From Octopus bimaculoides (lineage: Eukaryota), in NCBI RefSeq assembly GCF_001194135.2, contig NC_068995.1:1036913-1100912 (forward strand): 64,000 bases of DNA. The letters run 5' to 3'. Under the pieces are notes generated by a model that was given only the letters and a program-made list of their open reading frames with translations, did not search any database and was not told the DNA's origin. How positions within the stretch are numbered: position 1 is the stretch's first letter; each line of letters starts with the position of its first letter. The translations under genes and the position numbers were made by a program. Positions 34,398-49,476 of this stretch are shown one piece after another.

Positions 34398-35998
34398 AAA
34401 ACAACAGCGACAATAACAACAATAATAATAATAATTGCAATGCCACAAATTATGTGAGGATGGTATGATTGATTATATTGAGCTCAGTACTTGTTTTATC
34501 AGCCCTATTGATTAGAGTCACCACTCGTACAATTGTTGTACAGAGACACAAGGTCTCTGATTTGTTCGTAATGAACAAGGCCATGCAATATTTATGACTT
34601 TCTCAAGGTTATCAACCATACACACACACACACACTATAGACAGACAAGATAAATAAATAAAAATATTTAACCTTGCTTTAAAACCTGCAACAAAGCTAG
34701 AAATATTTTGTTATCTCAAATTAATTCATAAATTTCCTACTTCTCATATAAAATTTCATTTTCTCATTATTAAGTTATTTCTCTCATATCTCTCATTCCA
34801 ATCTCCTCACCAACCATGGCTTTACACATCCTCCCAGACAAGACTTTCTTCCTGCCACTAAACAACAACAACAACAATGCTATTTTTTCCGTTATTTTAC
34901 TTTCTCCAAATATTATAAGACAGTCCAGAAATATTTGCTCCAGTATGACAGAGTGATACAACACAGTAGAATTAGAAGACTTAGATGTTTTTGCTTTATA
35001 ATAACAACCGAGATGAGAGCGAGAATTCCAGTGATGATGATGATAATAATAATAATAATAATAATAATAAAAGAAGAAGAAAAAGAGGAAGAGAAGGAGA
35101 ATAATAAGAAGGAGATGAAAACTAAACTAAAATAAACAGATGTTTGAATAAATGAATAAAATTCCGTTGGTTGTAGTAGGGAGGTAAAACAAACTAAAGA
35201 AATAAGGGAATTGAAGATAAGACATTCAACCCCACCTCCCCTCCTGGGCTAAACTATTTTCTAAACATTGCACAGAAATATACTGAGATATTTCAGAAGA
35301 AGAAAAAAAAAAAATTGTATAAATTGTTCAAGATTAGGTCATGTGAAGGGGAGCGGGGGAAGGACATAAATGTGGGTAATGTTGTTTAACCTCAGGTCAA
35401 TCCTGATCCAGGAGACCTATGACGAGAAGACATTCTTGCCATGACTGCCTCATCTCATAGTTAAATATATTGAGGACTATATTGTATAAGGGTCCTCCCT
35501 CTTTGGGTTGTAAGATGTAATTTCAAGGGAAGGGTGCTGTGTATGCAGGTGAGTATGTGTGGCTAGCATGCTTAAAACACTTGATAGATTCTTTAGCCAT
35601 AATACTAAAAGTGATGAAGAAATTATTTGGAATGAATGTGTGTGTGTGTGTGTGTAATATATACATAAGTGTGTGTGTATGCATAGGGGTGTATAAGTAT
35701 ATGCACATATGTGCATATATATATATATATGTGTGTGTGCACAAATGTGTGTTTGCATGTTCACAAGTTCTTGTGAGTGTACATGTTCACATGTATGTGA
35801 GCCTCAACACAACAACCAAAACGTCGACACTGAGACATTCATTTTCCTCAAATCTCTCTAAAGTCCCACACCAACATCTGGTGGCCACACAGAAACGGAG
35901 ACTCGGGAAGTTACCACTTCATGTAATTCAATAATACTTCTTCATACACACACACACACACATAAAAAGGAAAATAGAACAAAACTTATGCCACAAAC

Positions 35999-36085
35999 CT
36001 CATAAACATTTGGGTGCCACATTCTTGATTTAAACTGAACACTAGGAGGAGAATATGGATAATCTGAAGGAAACTTCATGTGTGC
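35999..36085 (-). CDS. CDC34: CDC34/UBE2R coding exon 2 (87 nt)
   Basis: TTCCACAG acceptor; AHMKFPSDYPYSPPSVQFKSRMWHPNVYE (HPN motif); donor GAG|GTTTGT. Phases 0/0/2/2 join all four exons in frame. Confidence 0.95.
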
Positions 36086-39000
36086 CTGTGGAAGAGAAAC
36101 AAAAGACAAAACATTACTAATAATATCAAATGAGATAAAACATAATTTTGAAAATAAATACTAAAATATTTGGACCTCAAAATAGAAATAAGCAGGACAT
36201 AGGTATGAGAATATGGTACCAAGAATGATTGGTGCACTGTGTCACCACCCTCATATTAATGCCCACTTTACCCATGTGTGCATAAGCTGGGGTTTATTAA
36301 GGCAGATGTTCTACAGCCAGATACCTTTTTTGTCACCAATCCTCACCTGTTTCCAAACAAGGTAATATTTTACCCATGGCTGAACATGTTTTCACAGAAT
36401 TGAATGACACTGCTTGTAGGACAGTGACACTCATTTACAACAATCATTTGATGTCAAGACAAGACAACACTAGCATACAAACAATAGGCTTCTTTCAGTC
36501 TCTGTCTACCAAATCTACCAGTCAGAGGCTTTAGTAGAAAACACTTAACCAAGGTATCACACAGTGGAACTGAACCCAGAACCGTGTGGTTGGGAAGCAA
36601 ACACCTTAACGACAGAGCCCCACCTGCCCATCTGTAGTCACAATTACAACTCTACAGCCATACTTGCCCCTGGATAATAAAGAATCTGATCAAACGTGTA
36701 GAAACCCCAGCAAGGATTACAACATTCTACACAGCAGAAATAAACTCTGCAAGGTCCATGGCATATTTTACAGAAAATACATTCAGTTAAAGAGCACAAT
36801 TTTTGCAAGATATTCTCTGTACAAACATCTCCTAATACAACTCAACCACATGGGGGTTGCAAAGAGATCTTAACCACACCACATGCATCTATAAGAATTA
36901 TTGTCCGACTAATTGATTTTAATTTAAGTACAAAGCCAGCAATTTTAAGGGAAGTGAATTAGTTGAAACGATCAACTTCAGAACATAAGTGGTGCTTTAT
37001 TTTATTGATCCTGGAGGAATAAAAGGCAAAGTTAACCTCAGTATCACAACTGGTATTTATTTTATTGAACACGGTGAAGATTAGAACTTTCAATATAAAA
37101 TGGAGTCACTAAATACCACAAGGAATTTGCTCCAACACTCTCAATTTACAACCCCTAAAATAATAATTTAAAAACCAGAATTTTTTCTTGTTTTTTGATA
37201 GTTTTTTTAAATCACTGTTCAATCCTGATATATAAGCAGAAAAAATTGATTTTGTTGATTGAAAGAGTTGTGGTGTCCTTAACTGTAAAAGAACTACTTG
37301 AATTGACAAGATGATGAGATCTTACTTCAGATATACCAATTAATGACAAACTTGAAGATTAATTGCAGAGATATGTGGAATCAGAGAGAGGACCCTAAAG
37401 AGATTTAAGTTAAGGATGATGGAGTGCACTTGTTTAGAACAAGGTTTTAAGTTGGATAAAAAGCATCAGTGTATATAAAATGGGTGTGAAAAAAATACTG
37501 GTTACAGCAAAATAGGGAAAGAGGAGGTTTAAGGAACAAAACTGTATAAACAATGAAAATCTTTATGGAATATTTTTGCCAAACTTAATCATCTCAAAGA
37601 GAAAAACCCCAAGCACTAGTCGTATACACAATTTTCCTAGTGGGCAACAACTTAGAACTCTAGAATATTCTAGAGATAAAATGAACAACACATAAAAATG
37701 ATCATCAAAAAGAAAGTCAAAATTAATAGGATCTAATCTCTGAATGTGAGACAACAAAATACCACAAAACATTTGTTAGTAAACGGATTCTACCATTTCA
37801 CTGCCTTCAGTTAATTAGAAAAAAAAAATATTTCCCATGTTTCCACAAATATACAAGAGGAAGGAAGAGACATAGTTTATTGAGCTCCAGCCCAGAAGAT
37901 TTGAGTCCAGAAATGCAAAGGAGCTAAATTAAAAAGTATAAGATATTAAGTGCAATATTCCACTGCTTCTACAAAACCACAATGATCCTCATGGGGAAAT
38001 TTTTACGATACTGGGGTCCATATAATCCACTTCTCTCCTCCACTAAACTCCAGGCCTTCTACCTATGTTAGTAGGTTTGAATTATCATCATCATCATCAT
38101 TATTAACCTTTAAGATGGTGAGATGGCAAAATCGTTGGAAGTCGGTGGAACAAAATGCTTTAATGGCTTTTCTCCTGGCTTTTTACATGCTGAGTTCAAA
38201 TCCTCTTGAAGTCAACATTGCCTTTCATCCCTTCAGGGTCATCAACTTGTCTGCTTCTCCAAAACTGCTGACCTTGGGCCAAAATTTGAAAGCATTATTA
38301 TTAACGATATCATTTTCATTATAATGCCATTAAATAAAGTGATTTCATAAAAAATTTTTTTTTTCATAACTAAGCAATGGTGAGAGGGACGAAGAGTGGT
38401 GGGGCATCCATCTTGATGAGCAAAAAATGATTGATTTCTTGACCTTTTAAAGCAGATGTTGCCATTGAATAGACTTGTTTTAGCTCAGCTGGGATATACT
38501 TGCTGACCTTTCAGTTTATTGGTGCATGTGATCACAGATTATCGTTATTATTGTTATAATTATCATCATTATCATTATTATTATTAGTAAATGCTGTCAA
38601 GGACCATGCAGAAGGGGTGGGTAGAGTATGTCAAAGGTTTTTGCAATTATACAATTACTATTTTATTTTATTTGTTTATTTGCAAGAGAAGAATGAAAGG
38701 AAGGGAGGAAGAAGAGGTATTTTCAATTAAGTTTGATAATCTTCGAGGAAACATTACAATAACATAAGTAGTTTTATTTTTAAATCTAATTGACGAAATG
38801 AACCATTCTCATCCAATAACGATAATAATGAAATGATAGTAATAATACACAAAACTACTACTACAGTTTTACATTACATTAAACATATTCGGTCTACTTT
38901 TCTCCATCTACCTGTCTCTCTCTCTCTCTCTCTCTCATACTTCATTGTCGATGAAGTGGTTCTCCACAGAAAGAAGAGTTCAGTTTTAAAAGATGAACTG

Positions 39001-41314
39001 ACTCGAAACAATTCAACTGAATCACAGAAAAAAATCCCTGATTGCACAAACCTACATGTTCACAAACCTACATGTTCACAAAGAGAAAGATAAGCAGCAG
39101 GGGTTTGAGTGTGGGTTTGCTCATGAATAACAAAGAAGAAGAAAGAGAAATTAACAGTGTGTAATAATTACTACTACTACTACTACTATTACTACAACTA
39201 CTACCACCATGCTATTTAGTGATGTCAGTGCTGTAGAGAGATAAAAAGAAAATTATTACTCTAAATTAAGTAATAGGATAGTACTGCCATTCGATTGAAT
39301 ATAACTGATCACAAACAACCAATGGTTTGACCTACTAAAATAACTCAACCTGCCAAAACAAACAAAAAAGAGAGAGCAGCCAAAATTCCCTCAAATAATA
39401 CTTTAGTTTCATTGAAAAAGTAAGGACAGATTCAATAACCCTGTCATAGGTCATATATCTTCATCACCGTCATCATTATTTAATGGCCATGTTTAATTAA
39501 TCTTTATTATACCCCAATACTGTATGCGGTTCAGTTTTTTTTTTAACAAATTAGTTATTTGGAAATTGATTCTTTCAATTTCAAACGTTATTTAATTTTT
39601 GTAAGGTGAGGTGGCAAAATTAATAAAACATTTCCAAAGAGTGTTGCTAGACATAAAAAAGGTTGGGAATCATTGCTCAAAATCCTTCAGCAAGTATGGA
39701 AAAGTCCAAACTTCCCTGATGAGGTCTTAATGAGACTGAACCATGCCAAGAGTTGACTCTCTTACTGAAATAAAATGGTATTAGACACCAAACTTGCTTC
39801 TTCCTCACAGCTTCATCACCATTTGACAGTTTATTGCAGTAACTGTTTCAATAGACAAACATCTACAACTCTTAAGTCTGGATGAATGTGGTTGTTGAGA
39901 GTGTTCTGGCTATAGAGATACAATATAGAGGCCCCTACACAATGGTAAGATAACCATAGACTCTCCTGCCACCACCTCAGACATTGGCAGCGAAGTTCCC
40001 TGTCAACTCGTTTGGTTTGCTATGACCTTACATACCCCACTCCCATCCCTCCTGCTACATGGTCACTGAGTCCATTCAAGGCCTTCTTCATTCCAGTCTT
40101 GGAGACCTGAAAAGGGATACTGGCACTGACTTTCTTCCTCTCATTAAAGGAATGAAGGACCAAAACATCCCCCACCCCATAATGAAACGCCTATCTCAGA
40201 ACACAGATTAGATTAGTTTGTGTGCGAGAAAGAGACTACATGTGAGAGTGTATGAGTGGGTGGGGGANNNNNNNNNNTATGAGTGGGGGAGGAGGGTGTG
40301 AGTGTGTTACATCACAGCAAGCATGTGGCTCTTCCAAATCATATTCCAATCAATCCACTGATACACTATCAATGCTAATCTATAACTAATCAATAACTAG
40401 TAATACTTGACTTACACATTAAATGTAGGTAACCTTACTGTTTAAAACCAACTTCCTCAACTTACCCTACATAATTCACAAGCAATTACAGACAGAGATA
40501 ACAGTAAAACCTACTGTTTATTGCAGTTTTTGGGGTTTTTTTTGTAATAACACCTATTTCAAGTTAAACAGACTGATTATTCTGTTATCATCATCATCAC
40601 CATCATTTAAACATCATCCAATTTTTAATGTTTGTAAGGGTCAGATTGGCATTCGTTAAAGCAGATTGTGTACGACCAGATGCCCTTCTTTCACCAACCC
40701 TTATCTGCTTTGGTTCTTTGCTTTCAATGCTTACTCTTTAGCCATAGTCCTCCTCACTGTCAACATGTGTTACAGAGAGACAGTTGTAACTGTCCCAGCA
40801 CTAAGTTATAAAATATTTATGATGATCATCATGATATACATATATATATTATACATACAACAACTGTCACCGACCGCATGTTTCATACAAATACTGTAAC
40901 CAAGATTTAAAAGTGCTTAAAACTAAATAACAAACATTGTATTCTGCCCGCTGGACAAGACACTCTTCTCCTTCGTCCATGTTGTGAGCAAGTGCATACA
41001 AATTTGAAAAAGAAAAAGCTTTTTAACAATTCAAATGCAAATAGCCAAATTAATCAGTTAAGTAGTCCTAGACACACCAGCAGGAAAAATTTACAAAGAA
41101 ATTTGTTTTGTTTTTTCTTTTCTCATTAGCTAAAAAGTGAAAAAAAAAAAAAAAAGAAATTCTAAGTCGAAACAACATTTCTTTATCTCTTTGGTAACCA
41201 GATTTCTAATGAAATAAACTAAAGTATCATATTTTGGTGTTAAGACAAGTTGGCTGGTGAGGTTGTGTTGTGAAAAAACACAATTAAGGTATTTCATTTA
41301 TTATTGTTAAGGGG

Positions 41315-41523
41315 ATGAGTTGACAGAACTGTTGGGGCATTGGTAAAACAATTTCTTACAGTTTTTCTTCCAACATTTATATTCTGAGTTCAAATCTTGC
41401 CAAAGTAAAACTTTGCTTTTCATCCTTCTGGGGCAGATAAAATAGAATGCCAGTTGAGCAGTGAGGGCAATCGACTAGCACTCTCCCCTCAAAACTGCTG
41501 CCCTTGCACCTTAATTAGTAACA

Positions 41524-41570
<47 letters not shown>

Positions 41571-41790
41571 GGCAGCAAAGTGTAAAGTCTGAAGAAATGC
41601 TGCTAATCATTTTGTCCAGTGTGCTAATGATTTTGCCATTCTGAGTTCAAATGTTACCTAAGTCGTGTCTGCCTTTCATCCCTTCAGGGTCAATACAATA
41701 AGTACCAGTTGAGCACTGAGATCAATGTAGTTGACTAGCCTACACCCTCAAAGTTCATGGCCTTGTGCCTATAGTAGAAAAGATTATTAT
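41315..41790 (+). mobile_element. Two head-to-tail family B SINEs joined by (TTA)n
   Basis: Copy 1 ends at about 41525, (TTA)n spans 41526-41569, and copy 2 begins immediately with AAGGCAGC. Confidence 0.8.
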
Positions 41791-43671
41791 TCAAAGGAGG
41801 AAAAGTAGGACCCATAACCTTTTGCAAGGTTTCTGTGATATGACCAGCAGAGAGAACAAAACCATGGCTTGAATTCTCCATAAACAGGACACCTGGTCTA
41901 AATGAGTACAAAAGAGTGGACTATACTAAGTAAAGGCACCCAAGGGCCAGCCATATCATCATCGTTTAACGTCCGCTTTCCATGCTAGCATGGGTTGGAC
42001 GATTTGACTGAGGACTGGTGAAACCGGATGGCAACACCAGGCTCCAATCTAATTGTAAAGGAGCTAAACAGACAGATGGATTACATCTGCTACAAGTACA
42101 ATCTATTCAACAGGTTTGTGCAGTTTTCAGCAATCCAATTTCATTGATATGGTTTCGTTGAACAAGGTAAAAGAGAAATGGTCGTGATACCATAACTGGA
42201 ACTATTTGATTGCAAAAAGAACTCAACACCAGAGCTGCAATTACCGAAAGGGGTTAAAGAGACATAACCACATTCCCTACTAAAATATTTCAAAATAAAT
42301 CCTGCAACATAAAAGGCATTATGAATTTCAGAAGAATCATTCTTATTTCATGTCATCTTGAAGGCAGAGCAAGTGGGATTAACTCCCTCATCTGATCCTG
42401 ATAAGCATCTAAATAATCCAAAGCTCAATTGCTTCCTTGAATCTAATCATTGTGCTGAGTCGGATTTGCTCCAAGGAATGAAAAGGCTGACATGACCGGA
42501 TTCAGTTTACTCAAACCCATCTTGATGGCAAACTCCAATGTAAAAGCAGTGAAAATATCATCTGAAAGTCAAAGAATGGTTGTTGTTGTTGCTGTTGCTG
42601 TCATTCAACCCCAAGTCAATTTTGATTGAGTAGACTTAAGATGAAAGGTGTTTCAATCACGACATCCTGCTTTTTTTAAGAACTGTTTTAAAACTACATT
42701 ATCTAATGTGTCCTTTGTGTATTTAGGTGTTGGTTTGTTTACATCAACATAACTTAGTGGTTCAGCAAAAGAAATCAATAGAACAAGTACAAGACTTTAA
42801 AAAAAACAAAGTACTGGAAGCAATTTGTTCGACTAATACTCTTCTAGGAGGTGCCCCAGTATGGCCACAGTCCAAACACTGAAACAAGTAAAAAAACAAA
42901 AGACATACCCACTAGCTCCACCACCAAAGAGCTACTAGCTCCAGCAGCATCCTAATAAGAATCTCTTCAGCAAACAGTTTGTGATTCTGCAACTCCCCTG
43001 GTACCTTCTCAAATGAACCAATCTCTCAACTCCTATTATCCATCAACCGAATTAGAATTTATCCAACACTAAATGCTCAGCTGATCTGCCGGCCTCTATT
43101 AACGACCACTTCTTAAATACATTAGTCTTTTACAGACATCCTCTCAACACATTGAGATGACCCTTCACATACAATTATTCCTCCATGATTAACAGTAATT
43201 CACAATGGACACAGAGGAAAGGGGTTCCATTTCAAGCATTAATAACAGTGCTACATGAACTTTAAGTAATCACCATGCCAACTAATCAATTCCACTTGCA
43301 CATGGAGTGAAGAAGATAAATTCAATTTTACTTTGAAATTAAAAAAAGAAGAGAAAAAAAAATGGAATTTGGCTGAAATGGTAATTCACTTTGATACCCT
43401 ATTTATCACAACAATCTGCAAGACCATTTCTATACATTCTTAATTCAAACCTCTCTGAGACCACTTTTGTTTTTGTTTTTTGTTTGTTTGTTTTTTTTAA
43501 TCCCTTATTAACATGGATCCCAAATAAGTGATTTTCACAAAAGTTGCCCTTACACTTCACTTAAAAACAAACAAAAAGGGGCTTCTGCAATGAAAATACC
43601 TTATTTAGAAAACAGATAAGGGTTAGTAAGTAAAATTGACAACAGGACTGTACAAAATCTGCCTCTTTAGT

Positions 43672-43894
43672 TTAACCCTTTTGTCACCATATTTCTGTTG
43701 AAATACACTAATTTCGTTTCAATTAACTTTAAAAATAATGAAGAATTTAATAAAATAACTGTCATTATTAAAGCTGGAACATAAATTGACACGGAATTTT
43801 AAAGGAAGTTTTTGATTTAGATCACTCAGAACCAGAAGTTTGCATCTTAGAACCAGGGGCTGTCTTGGGTGGATTCATACTAAAAGGGGATTAA
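43672..43894. mobile_element. piggyBac-like MITE (TTAA target, CCCTT..AAGGG ends)
   Basis: TTAA CCCTTTTG at 43672 and AAAAGGGGA TTAA at 43882-43894. Internal blocks are shared with 50932-51151 in the opposite orientation. Confidence 0.6.
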
Positions 43895-46800
43895 TTTAAC
43901 ACATGCTAAAATGGAAAAGCAGATGCAGTAGTGATGATGATGATGATGTGTAAATATTAACCATTTAATATTTAGTACAAAGTAGAAAAAAAAACTTGCA
44001 AAAAAAATGTCAAGACTATTTTTAAGAGTGAGCTGATGTATTTATACATTGGTCAGGTCATTTTCTAATTACAAAAGCATAAAACTCCTTGTAACTACAC
44101 ATGCATGTACACATCTGCGAGTGAATGCATCAAGTATTAAGAAGTGGCTGTACAGAAATATAATTAAAAAAAAGAAAAACTTGAATTAAAAAGTTAACAA
44201 CTAACAATCAATGAATGGGTTAAATTAAAAAGAGAACATTCTCAACTTTGTGGGTCTTGATGTCAACTTGAAAAGAGAGAATTAAAAAAATAACATCGTT
44301 TGAGATGTTTAGATGATAAATGATAACATTATTTTCATGACCTTCACAAAATTAACTAACGCACACGAGCATACACACAACCATGTGCACATACACCCTA
44401 ATACCCACATAAATCTCTTCTAAAAATGTCGAGTCTCACACACACAAACATTGATTGATGGTATGACAGAAATATGGAAACTGCCAGCTAGGGTAGCTGA
44501 AACGATCAGCTGGTAATTAACAGACTCTTTCTCTGGATTACAAGAAAATGGTTGAATGTGTGACCAAACGGTCTGAATATTTATTACGGGGAATGTGTGT
44601 GGGGGGGGGGAGGTTAACATTTCTCCACTTCTTCATCCACCCAGCTATCAACATCATCATCATCATATTCATTGTCATCTAAATTACATGTATTTCATTA
44701 AGATCCATATTAACTGTGTGTGTCCATGCAAACAAGATTTAATAAAAGTCATTACCAGAGATAAGTAATTAACACACACTTAGCCTCCTCACAATGCCAA
44801 CATATGTTGCTAACAACAACTGGAAGCAGATGAATGAATGATCATAACTTCTGACTGTTATTATTATTGTTGTTGTTTAACCCCAGGTTAGCAACAAGCC
44901 TGCTGGATCAAAACATTCTAGCTGAAACATCCCGGTTTTGTCTTTCTTTCAGATACAACTGAAGAGAAAACCTCTAACATGGTTCTTCAACCTGCTAGTA
45001 ATAGCAGCCAAATATCCTTCAAATCACATCTTGCTGTCTTTAAAGTAGGGGGAACATAATTAATGCTGCCCATGATGATGATGATGATGATGATAGTGAT
45101 AAGAGTTGTTATGCAGACAGGCATTAAGAAATGATTTGGACAATATATATATTGTGTGCTTAAGTTTATTTTCCAACCACATGGTTCCATAGCACCTTGG
45201 GCAAGTGTCTGGCAAACAGAAACTGAAAGTAGGAGAGGGGGGAGGGGGAGGNNNNNNNNNNNNNNNNNNGGGGGAGGGAGAATGTGTGTATGTTTGTCTC
45301 TCCTTATCTTGACTGTTTGATTGTTATAACTGAATGTTAATCACTTTCAACATTCTGCTAAAACATGTCTGGCCATGGGGAAATATTACCTTGCTTGGAA
45401 ACAGGTAAGGGTCAACAACAGGGAGGGCATCCAGCTGTAGAAAATCTGCCTCAAATGCTGTCTGACGCGTGCAAGCATAGCAAAGTGGATGTTAAAATTA
45501 TTATTATTATCATCATTGTTATTATTATTATTATTACAAACACAAAAGATAAAGGAAAATCACAGACTTAAAGATATTTAACAAGTTAAACCATTTCAGC
45601 CAACGTCTAGTGTAAAACTTTTAGTCTACAACTTGAAAATGGTTTTATTCTATTACTTCACCCTGAAATATCAATAATGCTTCTTGGCTGACATCACATC
45701 ACTTACATTTTTGGCTCAATATCCCTGAAATTGAGTAAAAACAATAAACTGTCTCTACAGCAGGAAGTGAGGATGTGTGTATGTGTATCAGATAACTGTC
45801 TCATCATTGATTTTGTGCAAATGATTAAACTGGTCAGGAAAATCTGCATGAAATGCTAAAACGACAATTTCAGTTTTCATAGCTGCAGCAAGAGTGACCG
45901 AGTAAACGTGAAAAAGCAGAAAATATGATTAAACAAAACAGCTTCCTTCACTGAAGCAACAATGGACTCCTGGCTGAGAGCATCAGATCTTGGCTCTTCA
46001 TGCTTGTGCTTTCTGGTGAGCTATGCCAGGGTGTGCCTTTGGGGGTAACACATACTTAACCTTCACCACTAATTAGGTCAACTAAACTATAGGAAAGGAT
46101 GGGTGGGTACTGGCCTGATTGACTAAGAAGTAATTAGATAGGCAGAGAGGTACATTGGTACATAGATAGATAGGGAGGTACGATATGTACATTTGACGGC
46201 TAGTTGGGCAGGTAGAAAGGAAGGTAGGTTGGTTATAGGTTCGAGTTGAAATGTCAGCAAATCTAACCAGTTGTGGGAGAAGACTTTGAAAGTGGTTTTA
46301 TTGGGAAACAAAAGTGAATAAATAAGAAACAAAAACAAAAGGAGTATCAAAGAGTATGATGGAGTACAGGTAAAGTATATAAAAACCTGTTGACTTTTCA
46401 GTTGGAAATGTTACATAGATTTCTTTTTTTTCTTTTTCTTTTTTTATCAAAGTGAAAAGCCAAGATTTGTAAAGAGGCAGTATCATCGTTTGAATTAACC
46501 CTTCATAAATAACTACAAACTAATGAAAGGCTCTCTACATAGTCACCCAACCAGCTAGAAATCATAGTCAATCTTCACTGAAATCATACCTGCCTATTTA
46601 AAAGAAAAAGAAAAAAAGGAAAGCTACATCAAATAATATAGTCGTCATCATTGTTGTTATTATTATTATTATTATTTAACATCCGTGTTCCATGTTGGCA
46701 TGGGTTGGACACTTTTACAGGATCCAAAAGGCCCTGAAGACTGTAGTCTAAATATCAGATGAAAGGCAAAGTTGACCTCGGCTGAATTTGAACTCAGAGT

Positions 46801-47848
46801 GTAATGGCAGACGAAATACCACTAAGCATTTCACCCGGTGTGTGCACGTTTCTGCCAACTGGCCGCCTTAAAATGTTTGAAATGTCTTTTCTGCCATAAG
46901 TCTGCTCAAATCAAGGTTGACCTGGGGCTAAACAAGTTTGTTTGAAAGAGATGAAAACTAAGCTCAGCTCGGTGCCACTTGAAACTAAAACATGGTCCAT
47001 CCTAAAACTCCACAGAATCATGTTTAGTAGAGAGAGAAAGAAGAGGTATTGAACCCACACCCCTTTCTCTCAGTTGTTGTAATGCCACAAACGATTTCTG
47101 ATTTAGGCACAAGGCCAGAAATTTTTGAGGGGAGGAACAGAAAGATGAATGGTAAAGTTGATCTTGGCAGGACTTAGACTCAGGGACATAAAGAGTTAGA
47201 ATAAATACCTGAAGGCATTTTTATCTGACACTGACAATAATACCAATCACCCCACCACCACCACCACCACCACCACCACCACCACCATATCCCTAGAGTA
47301 ATATCAATAATGAAGATTAGAAAATAGAAAACCAACACACAGTGCTAGTGGTAGGTTCTAAATTCCAAAGGTAAATTTCAATTTTCTTCCTTCGTTTTCC
47401 ATATTAATCTCAGTCAGAATGGCTCTGTAAATTTCAGGATCATTTCCTAAGAATTTTCAGGTCAACTATTTTACCAGTATCCTGATGCTAAACTGTCAGC
47501 TGTACTTAATAAATTCAGTGAAGATCAACTGAAGCAAGCAAAGTAATTAATGTACTTTAAGAGAACATTACACAGTAATAAATGCAATGCCAGCCATTCA
47601 ACTACTGTAGCTTTAATAAATAATACATTGACACAGTAACAGAAAGAGAACCGGATAACAAGGCAACCTCTGCAAACTGCTAGAAAGTGCAACAACACTC
47701 ACCCTCAAAACACACCTTGCATGTAATAGGAGAAACAACTCATTGAATGATAATTTAGTCGTAAATATATTGTCTAGAAATTAGATGGAATCGTCATAGA
47801 TGGAATCAGAACTGATCAAAGGATAAATATATGTATATAGTTTTTTTT

Positions 47849-48187
47849 TTAGTCATTTGACTGCGGCCATGCTGGAGCACCACCTTTAGTCAAACAAATC
47901 GACCCCAGGACTTATTTCTACAGAAGCCTAGTACTTATTCTATCCTTCTCTTTTTGCCGAACTGCTACGCTAAGTTGTGGGGGATGTAAACACACCAACA
48001 TCGGTTGTCAAGCGATGGCTGCGGGACAAACACAGATACACAAACATATACATACACACACATATAATTTCCATCTACCAAATGCACTCACAAGGCTTTG
48101 GTCGGCCCAAGGTGACACACAATAGGACTGAGCCCAGGACCATGTGGTTGGTAAGTAAGCTACTTACCACACAGCCACTCCTGTGCC
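47849..48187 (-). mobile_element. Long CORE-type SINE (family A) in CDC34 intron 1
   Basis: Collinear with the reverse complement of 25205-25590, with an internal deletion. Partial copies at 36483-36630, 45155-45235 and 60178-60300. Confidence 0.85.
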
Positions 48188-49443
48188 TATATTGACAACA
48201 TTTAACATCTTTCATGAAGGGATCACCCCAGGACACAGATGCACACAAAAAGAAAATTCTTTCTTTTCAAATCTTCCTAATCTACTAAAATCCTAACTGT
48301 TGCTTTTAATTTCACAGCCACACCACCATATTTCTCTACCAGTAATACATGCTGGGAAAAGTGAAAGTAAGAACTAGCTGGGTGGAGGGGAGAGAGAGAG
48401 AAGATACTCAATGGCCTTACTAGCTGGTTACAAGAAGAATGATCCAATACTATCAGACCCAATGTTGTACTAAGTGTCGCAGAGAAAAAGGTTGAAGATC
48501 CATGATTGCCAGAGCCTGTAAGCATGACACACGATGAAGAATATACACCAGCTTGTATAGGGTGCATATTTTAGTATGAGATCTATATATTTTAGTTCAT
48601 TTACAATATCAAGTGAAGCCATTGTAATAAGACATTTGCTTAAATTGGCCTTACATGATCTCATGAGCTGCTCATTTTGGTAGCAAGAAAACTATCAGGT
48701 TAAATGGAGAGAAGAATGGGACTTGATGAGGAACACAGGTGGAAGACAACAGGAACTTACTGATTGTTATCTGTAACCAATCAATCAATACAGGAGGAAG
48801 GTGTGGCTGTGTAATTTATGTAGCTTAAAGTAGGATGTATGTATGTGGGAGTGGTGGTAGGTTCAATTGTTGAGTGTTACACATAAACACTCAGCAAAAA
48901 CTGGATGTGGGTAGGGCAGCAAATATATACACAGAAACTACAGAAAAAAAAGAAAGGAGTTTGAGGAGGGGAGAGAGGGGTGAGTAAAAGAAAGTGTATG
49001 TGAATAAGAGAAGGAGTGAGGATGGAAGGAAGAAGGAAAAAGCAAAACAAGGAAGGAAAAAATGTGAATAGGAATAAACAAAAAAGACAAAAATAGAGAA
49101 AGTAATTTGTAATTTTAGTGTTGAATGAGTGAAGAGGAGGAAGATGAAATTACAAAGTGTTTCACACAGATTCTTTTAGAATCTAACCTTCAGATTATTT
49201 ATACACACCAATAGGTGCAGGCGTGGAAGTGTGGCTAAAAATTTTGCTTCAGTTTGAACAGAAGCAATGCATGAACCATGTGGGAAGTCGTATGTACCCC
49301 AGGAAAGGGGGTTTTCTGCCCCCAGGGCCCCCATTACTCATTATGTGAAAAATTATAAGAGTTCTAAAACCATCTCTGGAACACAAGTAATGTATGTTCC
49401 CAGTTTAGAGAAAATCAGTTGCGAACTTCAGAATTTATGCAGG

Positions 49444-49476
<33 letters not shown>

